Below are positions 25,823 to 35,598 of a DNA stretch of 64,000 bases, piece by piece. The translations under genes were made by a program, and so were the position numbers. Every line of letters begins with the position of its first letter. Position 1 is the first letter of the stretch. The DNA is from Eledone cirrhosa (Eukaryota): contig OZ024752.1 of assembly GCA_964016885.1 (NCBI GenBank), positions 37,138,001 through 37,202,000 on the forward strand, written 5' to 3'. The notes beneath the pieces were generated by a model that was given only the letters and a program-made list of their open reading frames with translations, did no database searches and was not told where the DNA came from.

Positions 25823-27919
25823 TTACCGTACTTTTGGTAGAGGAGGGATGGTTTTTACATCCCTTTTCACTTGATCGTCTGGTGAAGGGACCGTTGAATC
25901 GTCCCTTCGGCTGGTCGTCGGCTCTTCTAAGAGAATGTCTGAGTATACTCTTCGATTGATGGTTCCTCCTAGGTCCCTGAAATCACCAACTGCGTTGGGG
26001 AATTTCGTTTTAATGTTTGTGTATTGTTTCTGTACTATTTTTAGCAGTCTTATGTTAGTTGGCGTTTTGATTGGTGCTGGTATTATGTAGTCCTGTTGTG
26101 AAATGTCTGTGTGTTCAATTATGTAAGTCATTAGTTTCTTGTTGTGTGTATTTATTGCCGTGCATTTGTTTTTCTGGGGGTGGGGTGTGGTTCTGCTATT
26201 TTCTTGTCGTTGTTGCTGGGTGTGTGTGTTTTGTTGTTGTGTTTGCGATGTTGGTGCTTGTGGTGGTGGTGTTGAAGGTGTTGTTGGCGGTGGGGTTGTC
26301 GCCGGTGGTGATGGTGGTGCTAGTGTGGGTGGTGATGGTGTTGGTGTTGTTGCTGCTGTGGGTCTCTTTGCAGTAGACTTTACCCTTTTCTCATTTCTTT
26401 CCTCCCTTTTCAAAGGCGACGATGCGCTGCTTCTGCGTTTGTGCCTTCTTGCGACCTTTTGCCATCCCTCTCCCACCTCACACTCCATGTCTGATTCTGT
26501 GAGGTCGGGGAGGGGTACCAGCTCCACTCTTTCACTTGTTGTTGTTGGTGATGTTTGCACTGGAGTCTCTGTTGCAGCTGCATTTGGTATTGCTGTTGTT
26601 GTTGTTAATATTTCCACTGCTGCTGCTGTTTTTGATTTCCGTGGCGTGGGTATGGGTGCCACGGACCTATCGTTCCTGGTTGCCGCTTGTCCTGTTGCTG
26701 GTAGCCGTGGAGCTGGATTCGGAAGGAGGGGGGTTTTCTCCTTTCTCAGGGTCTTCTCGTTGCAGAAGGCCCTGAGGTGAGTCTTCGATCCACAGCGAAA
26801 GCATTTCGGGCGTTTGCCCTCAACACTTATGGGCAGTTGAGTGCCGTTATCGAAGTCTATCACATCCGGGATAGCTTCGATGCACTCCTGGTTGGTTTGG
26901 ATTAGCATCTCAATGGAGGAGCCGACCCAATCTTCTCTTACTTTTTTCTGTACTTGCAGTACAGTTGTTTTGTCCTCGATTCCGATTAGGACAGACGCGG
27001 CCAGCCAAGAAGGGGTCATTCCGGGGGGGACGTGGGTCAGTTTGACCCTCACAATTTTTTGCCCGCAGTAGGAGGGCACCAACACCATTTCCTCGCTCCT
27101 TAGGGTCACTACTGATTGGGCCTTTGCCTCCTGGGGTGTGGCAAAAAGTACGTCTACGGTGGCATATTTTTTGCCTCGAGTGATGTGCGTTTTCCGCTGC
27201 CACACAGACCCCAAGGCTTTTTGTATTTGGGCCTCTGTGGCTCTTTCCACCCTACGGGATTTTGTACTTACTGTACGGTACGTGACCGTACAGTGCTCTT
27301 GGGTTTTGAAAAATTTTTCCGCTGCCTTGCAGATTGCTCGGTGTCCGTTCTTTGTCACCATCTTCTTCGCTTCCTCTAATTCCTCATTTGTTATGAGGAT
27401 TGTTTCCAAGTTTTTCGCAATACCTGCAAATGAGATTGGTTTTTCTCTGCTGTTGTTGTTGTCGTCAGAGCTGCTGGTACTTTTGTTGTTGCTGCAGGTA
27501 CTACGACTACTGCCTCCGCCGCTGTTGCTGTGGTTGTTGTTGGTGTTGCTGCTGCTAATGCTGTTGTTGTTTATGCTGCTGGTGATGCTGTTGCGGCTGC
27601 TACTGTTGTTTTCATTGTCACTGTTGCAGTTGTTATTACGGCTGCTACTGCTATTATTCCTGACGTCAGACGAATGAACTGGGTTTTCGTATTTCCCGCA
27701 CACCTGTTTCGTCGCTGTCGTCGTCGTCGTGGAGAAACCTTGCACGCTTTGCACGAGACTTTTCTTTTCTTTCGTCACTTGCGAAAGAGAAGGGAGGGAG
27801 AGAGACACATTTAAAGAAGGGAGGGAGAGAGACAATCTTCTCTCTGCTGTAGTGATGATTGAGGAAGAAGAAGACGGAATGAGTGGGAGTGACGTATGAA
27901 ATTTCTTTTTCGTAGCCAT
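25823..27919 (-). CDS. Tx1 ORF1 (nucleic-acid-binding protein), intact, ~698 aa from the first ATG
   Basis: Ser/Asn-rich N-terminus, probable RRM-like middle region, CCHC knuckle CFRCGSKTHLRAFC, Pro/Thr-rich linker; ends 35 nt before ORF2. Confidence 0.88.
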   Translation of the reverse strand: MATKKKFHTSLPLIPSSSSSIITTAERRLSLSLPSLNVSLSLPSLSQVTKEKKSLVQSVQGFSTTTTTATKQVCGKYENPVHSSDVRNNSSSSRNNNCNSDNENNSSSRNSITSSINNNSISSSNTNNNHSNSGGGSSRSTCSNNKSTSSSDDNNNSREKPISFAGIAKNLETILITNEELEEAKKMVTKNGHRAICKAAEKFFKTQEHCTVTYRTVSTKSRRVERATEAQIQKALGSVWQRKTHITRGKKYATVDVLFATPQEAKAQSVVTLRSEEMVLVPSYCGQKIVRVKLTHVPPGMTPSWLAASVLIGIEDKTTVLQVQKKVREDWVGSSIEMLIQTNQECIEAIPDVIDFDNGTQLPISVEGKRPKCFRCGSKTHLRAFCNEKTLRKEKTPLLPNPAPRLPATGQAATRNDRSVAPIPTPRKSKTAAAVEILTTTTAIPNAAATETPVQTSPTTTSERVELVPLPDLTESDMECEVGEGWQKVARRHKRRSSASSPLKREERNEKRVKSTAKRPTAATTPTPSPPTLAPPSPPATTPPPTTPSTPPPQAPTSQTQQQNTHTQQQRQENSRTTPHPQKNKCTAINTHNKKLMTYIIEHTDISQQDYIIPAPIKTPTNIRLLKIVQKQYTNIKTKFPNAVGDFRDLGGTINRRVYSDILLEEPTTSRRDDSTVPSPDDQVKRDVKTIPPLPKVR

Positions 27920-28280
27920 GTTGTTTTTTTGTTTAAAATGAAATTTTGGGTACAAAACCCCAATAACTGGTTATTTAACCCCGAAGGGCCAAATAACGGA
28001 CAGAAAGACCCCTCTCACGAGGAGGAGGGTGTCTTTATCAACAATTTGGTTCAAGTTTTAAACAATTTACAATTGTTTTAACGGTTAAAAATTACTATAC
28101 CTTACAGAGCCGAGCCTCCGTCAACCATGGCATTCAATAATAATAATAATAATAATAATAATAGCAATAATAATAATAACGACAACAACAATAATAATAT
28201 ACATATTCATATATATATACACACACACGCACGCACGCAAGCATACCTACACACACACACACACAAACACACGATAGCAA

Positions 28281-31200
28281 CTAACAGTGCTGCGATCGAA
28301 TGTGGCTTTTTAGCCCAGCCAATGACCCAAAATGTCTTGCACAGAGTCGGCAACCAAAACATTTACTGGGAATAGTCGGCTGTGGTTGGAGTTCGTGTAC
28401 TTTTGCATGTCGCTTGAGTCCTCCTGCTGATTTACATTCTCTACCACATGTTTGGCAAGCATGATGAGTAGCATCTCCAACAGCAGCCTGGTAGTCAACC
28501 ACTGGTCTTACTTTATGACTGCGAAGATGACTTTCGAGTCCAGCTTTGCTTAGGCAGAGTCTCGCACAGACGCTGCATGTCAGAAACATAGGAGGACCCT
28601 CGCCGTCTGGAAGTGCAACAGCAATACCCTTCCTCACGTCCCGCTTTACTTTCTCGTGTGCGATTCGAGATGCCTCAAAGGCAACTTTTCCCTCATATAC
28701 AGTCTTTCTCCATTTATTACGATCAGCAGCAATATTTTCCCATGTATCAGCAGAGATGTTAGCGTCTTTCAGAGAGGCCTTCAAGGAATCCTTATACCTC
28801 TTTTTTGGTTTATGTGGCGGTCGTTTTCCTTTAACCAACTCTCCATAGAAGAGTTGTTTTGGTATTCTAGAATCCTTCATCCTGGCAAGGTGACCACTCC
28901 AACGGAGTCGCTGCTTAAGCACAAGAGCTTCTATACTGTCACACATAGAGCTTTCCAAAATCTCGACATCACTGATGTGGTCCCTCCAGCGAACGCCATG
29001 TATCCGTCTGAGACACATCTGATGGAAACGCTCCAATTGCTTAAGGTGGCGTCGATATGTGACCCAGGTCTCGCAGGCATAAAGAAGACAAGAGAGTACA
29101 CATGCCCTGTACACCCTTACCTTTGTCCTCCTGCATATGTCTCGCCGACCCCAGAGTCGCCTTTCTAGCTTTCCGAAAGCATCACTTGCTTTCCTAATCC
29201 TAAGTGAGATTTCACTGTCAAGGTTGCCGTATCGATTGACAGTGCTTCCCAGGTAGACAAACTGATCAACCACTCCAAGTCGTTTGCCATACACATAGAT
29301 GTTTGGTTCAGTGTACTGCCTACCAGGTGCAGGTTGGTACATGACGACGGTTTTCTTGAGACTGACAGTCAAACCCAGGGCAGTGCAAGCGTCAGAAAAT
29401 ACATTCAAAATGTGCTGCATATCACTCTCTGTGTGCGCTACAAGATCGCAATCATCTGCATACAAGAGGTCTCTTATGACTGATGTAAATACTTTTGTCT
29501 TCGCAGCAAAGCGCCTGATGTTAAATATGCTGCCTGAGGTTCGATATCGGATGTAAACACCATGCTCGCAATTCCTGAATGCAATACAGAAAACCATTGC
29601 AAAGTATATGGCAAACAGGGTCGGTGCTGGAATATCCCCCTGTTTCACTCCATTTTTTACTGAGATAGGCTCCGACATGTTACCTCCGACATTAACCCAA
29701 GCCTTCATGTCGTCATGGAAAGACCTAACTAAAGCAAGGAACTTATCAGGGCAACCAAGTTTCTGGAGAACCTTCCATAATGCATCTCTGTTGACAGTAT
29801 CGAAAGCCTTTGTCAGATCGACAAAAACCTGATACAGATCCAAGCCCTGTTCAATGCACTTCTCCTGGAGCTGTCTAGCTGAGAAGATCATATCAGTAGT
29901 GCCGCGTCCAACACGAAAACCAGATTGACTTTCAGGAAGGACACAATCTGCAATGTGTGTCAGCAGACGGTCCAGAAGCACCCTACATAAAACTTTCCCC
30001 ACGACAGAAAGCAATGATATACCTCTGTAGTTCCCACAATCATTCCTGTTACCCTTTCCCTTGTACAAGACCACCATTACTGCATCTCTCCAGTCCTCAG
30101 GCACGGATTCATTAGCCCATATCCTTCCAAACAGAGAGTGAAGATGTTGCAGGAGTCTCTCACCACCATATTGTAGGAGCTCAGCATGTATGCCATCCAT
30201 ACCTGGAGATCTTCCACTGTTCAGCTTCGAAATAGCCACTGCAACCTCCACAAGTGTCGGAGGCTCTGCGAGAGCTACTTTCACAGGACTTTCCGGAATG
30301 AGATTGAGGAAATCTTCACTGACGACAGACGGCTGATTCAAAAGATCATCAAAGTGCTCCCGCCACCTTCGTAGAATTCCCTGTGAGTCACGAAGAAGTT
30401 CTTTGCTATCCTTGCTGCGAATCGGTGTCACCAGAGAAGAAGACGGTCCATAAACCTCACGCAAGAGACTGTACAACAGCTTTGTGTTATTGCAATCAGA
30501 CGCAGTTTGTATCTCACCAGCCTTCTCACTCCACCACTGATCCTTCATCTGAGAAAGACTCCGCCTAACACGTGATTTTACATCCCTGAGCTCCTCGTGC
30601 AACGTATTCCTCTCCTGTGGTCTTGCCGTCAAGTAGCGTGACAGAGCGCGCCTCTTATCAGCCAACAAGTCATCTATATGCACATCTTTCTCATTAAACC
30701 AGTCCTGATGTTTTCTCTGCACCAATCCCAGAACACGTCTGCCTACATCATAAACCGACTTTTTAAGGGTCGGCCAATCCTCACCAAGATCTGCAGCCTG
30801 CATCTCTTCTTCCAATGTCCTCTTCACATTTTTATCCTTAAGACGAGCAGCATTCAATCTTTTGGGCAGGGTAACACCAGGAGCCCGGATTTTACGTTTG
30901 GTGATTAGATTCACTTTTGCGCGTACCAGGCGGTGGTCCGTCCAGCACTCAGCTCCACGAAGAACACGAACACACCGCACATCCTGTCTGTCACGCATCC
31001 TGACTAGGACGTAGTCCAAAAGATGCCATTCCTTAGATGCAGGATGCATCCATGTGGTCTTGAATTTGTTCTTTTGTTGGAACATGGTGTTGGTAACACA
31101 CAGATCCAGCTCCTCACACATCTGCAGCAAGAGCATACCATTGCTGTTACACTTTCCCACCCCATGCCTTCCGATTACATTCCATGTGTTAAAATCCCTA

Positions 31201-31826
31201 CCCACTCTAGCATTAAAGTCACCAAGCACGATGACTTTGTCTGCCTGAGGGATATTTCTTAAAACACCTTTCAAGGCATGGTAAAAGGACAGTTTTTCTT
31301 CATCGACAGAATTCATAGTTGGAGCATACACACTCACCAGGGTAGCATATCTTCCCTTGTCCAGCGGAACTCTCATGGACATAAGACGCTCACTAATCCC
31401 CACTGGGAATTCTTCCAATTTATTCACCAGTACAGTCTTAACAGCAAATCCTACCCCAGCCTCTCTTCTGGTTCCTTCATCTCTTCCTTTCCAGAAGAAT
31501 GTATATTCTCCACAAAATTCCGTAAGATGACCATCTCCAGCTAACCTCGTCTCAGACAAAGCCACGATGTCAAGATCGTAACGTCGAAGCTCCTTCGCAA
31601 CAAGAGCGGTCCTTCGTTCAGGACGCTCCAAAGAATCCCTGTCAAGCAGCGTCCGTACGTTCCAGCAGCCAAGACTAAATGCCCTGTTTGGCTCTATTAC
31701 AATGGCACGATGACGGGCGGGCCCAGGTTGTGATAACTTGGGGCCCCTGCCCTTATTGCCAATGATCTTTTTTGTTCCAGAACCCAAATTGGCAATTATC
31801 TCGTTTACATTGTTCTGGAACATCAT
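28281..31826 (-). CDS. RTE-clade LINE protein: APE, RT and three C2H2 zinc fingers (intact, 1181 aa)
   Basis: WNVRTL, GDFNAR and WTDH (APE); DLTKAFD, GVKQG and YADD (RT); LLYACETW; fingers CSVC..HLRSH, CQTC..HAKVH, CRLC..HIRSQH. Confidence 0.95.
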   Translation of the reverse strand: MMFQNNVNEIIANLGSGTKKIIGNKGRGPKLSQPGPARHRAIVIEPNRAFSLGCWNVRTLLDRDSLERPERRTALVAKELRRYDLDIVALSETRLAGDGHLTEFCGEYTFFWKGRDEGTRREAGVGFAVKTVLVNKLEEFPVGISERLMSMRVPLDKGRYATLVSVYAPTMNSVDEEKLSFYHALKGVLRNIPQADKVIVLGDFNARVGRDFNTWNVIGRHGVGKCNSNGMLLLQMCEELDLCVTNTMFQQKNKFKTTWMHPASKEWHLLDYVLVRMRDRQDVRCVRVLRGAECWTDHRLVRAKVNLITKRKIRAPGVTLPKRLNAARLKDKNVKRTLEEEMQAADLGEDWPTLKKSVYDVGRRVLGLVQRKHQDWFNEKDVHIDDLLADKRRALSRYLTARPQERNTLHEELRDVKSRVRRSLSQMKDQWWSEKAGEIQTASDCNNTKLLYSLLREVYGPSSSLVTPIRSKDSKELLRDSQGILRRWREHFDDLLNQPSVVSEDFLNLIPESPVKVALAEPPTLVEVAVAISKLNSGRSPGMDGIHAELLQYGGERLLQHLHSLFGRIWANESVPEDWRDAVMVVLYKGKGNRNDCGNYRGISLLSVVGKVLCRVLLDRLLTHIADCVLPESQSGFRVGRGTTDMIFSARQLQEKCIEQGLDLYQVFVDLTKAFDTVNRDALWKVLQKLGCPDKFLALVRSFHDDMKAWVNVGGNMSEPISVKNGVKQGDIPAPTLFAIYFAMVFCIAFRNCEHGVYIRYRTSGSIFNIRRFAAKTKVFTSVIRDLLYADDCDLVAHTESDMQHILNVFSDACTALGLTVSLKKTVVMYQPAPGRQYTEPNIYVYGKRLGVVDQFVYLGSTVNRYGNLDSEISLRIRKASDAFGKLERRLWGRRDICRRTKVRVYRACVLSCLLYACETWVTYRRHLKQLERFHQMCLRRIHGVRWRDHISDVEILESSMCDSIEALVLKQRLRWSGHLARMKDSRIPKQLFYGELVKGKRPPHKPKKRYKDSLKASLKDANISADTWENIAADRNKWRKTVYEGKVAFEASRIAHEKVKRDVRKGIAVALPDGEGPPMFLTCSVCARLCLSKAGLESHLRSHKVRPVVDYQAAVGDATHHACQTCGRECKSAGGLKRHAKVHELQPQPTIPSKCFGCRLCARHFGSLAGLKSHIRSQHC

Positions 31827-31895
31827 TGAATTGGGAAAAAAAAAAAAAAAAAAAAAAAAAAAGGGAGAAAAAAAAAAAAAAAAAAAGTAATAATA

Positions 31896-31930
<35 letters not shown>

Positions 31931-32233
31931 ACACTATTAATAATTATTAATGCACTCGTGCAATGCCTGTGCGTGACGAATATTTTTAAAGTGAGGAAAG
32001 ACTGTGCACTGAACCAATCCCACTCTCTGAGCGACAGTAGCTATAACCCGAAAAGAAGAAAAGATCAACATCATCGGTAACTACTGAGCCGCAGGTTTTA
32101 TATCGGAGTTAACCCAGTTTCCTGAGATGCCTTCTCCTAGAAGAATACCCTGACATGGGCTAGGGGTTCTTCACTCCCAGTGGTTTAACTGCGCGATCGG
32201 GCATCCAGCCCGATTATTTCTATGTCCCCGCGC
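31827..32233 (-). mobile_element. 5' UTR of the RTE element, interrupted by poly(T)/(TTA) tracts
   Basis: 31960-32184 aligns with the body of the 600-bp elements (CAATGCCTGTGC, TCCCACTCT, TCAACATCAT, CCTTCTCCTAGAA). Confidence 0.7.
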
Positions 32234-32489
32234 AAAAAAAAAAAAAAAAAAAAAATACTTATTGACACTTATACGTACGACATACACACACACGCATACA
32301 TATGCGTGCACACAGCAACACTCACACACACAACAAACACACACACACGCTACTCTACTCACTTACACGCACACACACACATATATATATATATATTACC
32401 GTCATTACTGATACAAGATTACCAGATTATGTCAACTGTTGACTTTCAAGAGTTTGTATAGTTGAAGCCGATCGTATTACAGTCCAGTA

Positions 32490-32520
<31 letters not shown>

Positions 32521-32530
32521 CATACATACA

Positions 32531-33125
32531 TGGTGGCCGCCAACTCGTTTTCGAGTACGGCCACTACTTTATATCCATGTAGGAGAACCCCTACCGATGC
32601 GCTGAACGAGTGTGACTTTTTAGTCCAGCCAGCGACTTGAAAACTCTGGTACAAACACTACACTTGTGACAATTATTGACACATAGTGCTGGGCCCATGG
32701 TACCATGTGACGACAAGTGCAGAGAGATCTCCAGATATAAAGCAATGCCTGTGCCGTGAAGCTTTTATAGTGAGCAAAGGTACTGCACAAAGCCAGTCCC
32801 ACTCTTTTAACCAAGATGATATTTACCAAAAAGAAGAACATGTCAACATCATTGGATACCATCAGAGTTGCAGGTGTTATATCAGAGTTTTCATTCTCCT
32901 AGAATTCTGCCTTGACAAAGGCTAAGGGGTCATCTCTCCCGGTGATTTTGGATGGTCATTGACTCTTAAGAGCTCCTTTGCCCTTTGACAGGTTTTGTTT
33001 TTAGTCCTGCAGGATGTCCAAAGTCACCCTCCTCACCAAGAAACCTTGCTGGGGTTGCCAGTTTAGTCGCCAACGACCCGACCATGAGACAGGTTGTACT
33101 GGGATACATGTTACCAGTAGCACCA
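32531..33125 (-). mobile_element. ~600-bp non-autonomous RTE-derived element, copy B
   Basis: Highly similar to 3157-3764, (CATA)n on both sides. Confidence 0.8.
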
Positions 33126-33248
33126 TACATACATACATACATACATACATACATACATACATACATACATACATACATACATACATACATACATACTCTA
33201 TTGGTAACAATTTGTGAAATTATAAAACCAGAAGATATAACACACATA

Positions 33249-33292
<44 letters not shown>

Positions 33293-33448
33293 CATACATA
33301 CATACACACATATTGTTATACATATTCAAGTACACACAGAAACTGTTTGTTAGTAAACACACACAATAACTAAATCAGTTCTGGTATACATACATACATA
33401 CATACATACATACATACATACATACATACATACATACATACATACATA

Positions 33449-33733
33449 CAAATCCAGTATCCAAGATACACCTTTAGCTTCATACCCATCATTATTGGTG
33501 CTACGGGTTATATACCAACCCGCCTGGACCAAAGTATGACTGAACTTGGATTTGCGGACAAAAAGCGCGGCTCCCTAATTCATAGTCTACAAATGGCTGC
33601 GATAGCTGGCACCTTCAAAATTTGCAAAACATTCTTGCGATTCAAGGGATGACAATTTCTTTTCTTTTACAACCTTGCCACCCGGAAGGTGGCCGGTCAA
33701 AAAAATATACTCGAAATTAAGAGAAAGAGAAAA
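33449..33733 (+). mobile_element. 5'-truncated restriction-like-endonuclease LINE (R4/Dong-like) inserted in (CATA)n
   Basis: 33449-33652 reads [67 protein letters not shown], followed by a short 3'UTR with hairpin GCCACC-CGGAA-GGTGGC. Absent from the paralogous site near 15940. Confidence 0.7.
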
Positions 33734-34344
33734 CATACATACATACATGCATGCATACATACATGCATGCATGCATACATACATACATACATGATGGCTG
33801 CCCCCTCGTTATCGAGTATGGCCATTGCACAAGAAAAAAAAAAAAATAAAATAAATAAAAAAAATAAAAAAAAAAAAATTAAAAAAATAATAATAATAAT
33901 AAATAAATAAATAAATAAATAAATAAAAAAAAAAGAAATATACATACATACATACATACATACATACAATATATATATATATATAAATGAAAGGTATAGA
34001 AATTGTTGTATTCAGTATTCCATTATTGTATAAACATTATTCCATAACAGGAATATATATATATGTATATATATATATTTGTTCAACGAATCTGTTGCAA
34101 TTAAGAGATCGATGGCAGAAATTGAACTTCCAATATTTTGGTTTCTAGTAGGATACAATGTGATTGAATTGTAAACGTTTTTATTAGTTTGTTGATTTCC
34201 CTAGGGCGAGAAATGTTCAGTAAAATATGGCTAATAAATCTATGTACGCCACCTGGTTCTTTATCATGAATTTAGATTATAGCTACATGTCTATATGTTG
34301 AGATGCATGTGTGTTTATATATGCACTAGTATACGCATGTGTGT

Positions 34345-34347
<3 letters not shown>

Positions 34348-34411
<64 letters not shown>

Positions 34412-34594
34412 CATATGTATATATGTATATATATGTATATATACATGTGTATATATACATGTGTATATATATATGTATATATACATAAATATAGATAAAT
34501 ACATACATATATATACATATATATACATATATATACATACATATACATACATATACATACATATATATATACATGCATACATATATATATATAC

Positions 34595-34625
<31 letters not shown>

Positions 34626-34646
34626 CGTATATATATACATATATAC

Positions 34647-34677
<31 letters not shown>

Positions 34678-34702
34678 CATATATATACATACATACATAT
34701 AC

Positions 34703-34739
<37 letters not shown>

Positions 34740-34791
34740 CATATATATACATACATATATATACATATATATATACATACATATATATACA

Positions 34792-34825
<34 letters not shown>

Positions 34826-35160
34826 CATATATATACATACATATATATACATACAAACATATATACATACATATACATATATACATACATACATATATAT
34901 ACATATATATATACATATATATATATGTATACATATATTTGTATATATACATATACAAACATGTATGTATCTACGTAAATTAATTATTACGTTAATATAT
35001 GTTTGTGCGCATGTGTTTAGTGTTTGTCTGTATGTGTGTGTGTCTGTATGTGTGTGTGTGTGTGTCTGTATGTGTGTGTGTGTCTGTATGTGTGTGTGTG
35101 TTTGTATGTGTGTGTGTGTCTGTATGTGTGTGTGCGTGTTTGTGTGTCTATATATATATA
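34348..35160. repeat. Compound (TG)n/(TA)n/(CATA)n microsatellite
   Basis: Simple-repeat composition; similar tracts at 12655-13092, 35770-36562, 43515-44522 and 44975-45630. Confidence 0.95.
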
Positions 35161-35205
35161 TTAATGTGTGTATACATCTTTCGAAATTACAGCTGTTCTG
35201 ATTAT

Positions 35206-35598
35206 AATTGTTTCTACTTTAGGCGCAATGCCAGCAAATACCCAGTGCATTACTGGTACTTTATTTTATCGACCCCCGTAAGGATGAAAGGCAAAGTCAA
35301 CCTCGGCGGGATTTGAACTCAGACCGTAAAGGGACGTAACTATGCTGGAAAGCATGGCGTCCGACCCTCTACCGATACTGCCAATCCACCGCCTTTTGTC
35401 TATATATATATTAATTGTTTCTACTTTAGGCACAAGGCCAGCAATTACCCAGTGCATTACTGGTACTTTATTTTATCGACCCCGTAAGGATGAAAGGCAA
35501 AGTCAACCTCGGCGGGATTTGAACTCAGACTGTAAAGGGATGTAACTATGCTGGAAAGCATGGCGTCCGACCCTCTACTGATACTGCCAGTCCACCAC
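35206..35598 (-). mobile_element. Two tandem tRNA-derived SINEs
   Basis: Two ~185-bp full copies flanked by a ~50-bp direct repeat. Confidence 0.9.

Larger units (their letters stand above)
22110..28135 (-). mobile_element. Full-length Tx1/L1-clade LINE, copy 2
   Basis: Same 5' end (GAATGCCATGGTTGACGG) and 3' end as copy 1, separated from it by (AAT)9 at 22083-22109. Confidence 0.93.

Noticed and set aside
16641-27814. Many short antisense or alternative-frame ORFs inside the Tx1 copies
   Set aside because: Expected shadows of GC-rich coding sequence; repeated only because the element is duplicated.
31815-31890. Polypyrimidine tract plus CAG near the RTE start as an acceptor fusing the host exon to the RTE ORF
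   Set aside because: The host donor is phase 1 and this acceptor is phase 0, so a direct splice is out of frame.
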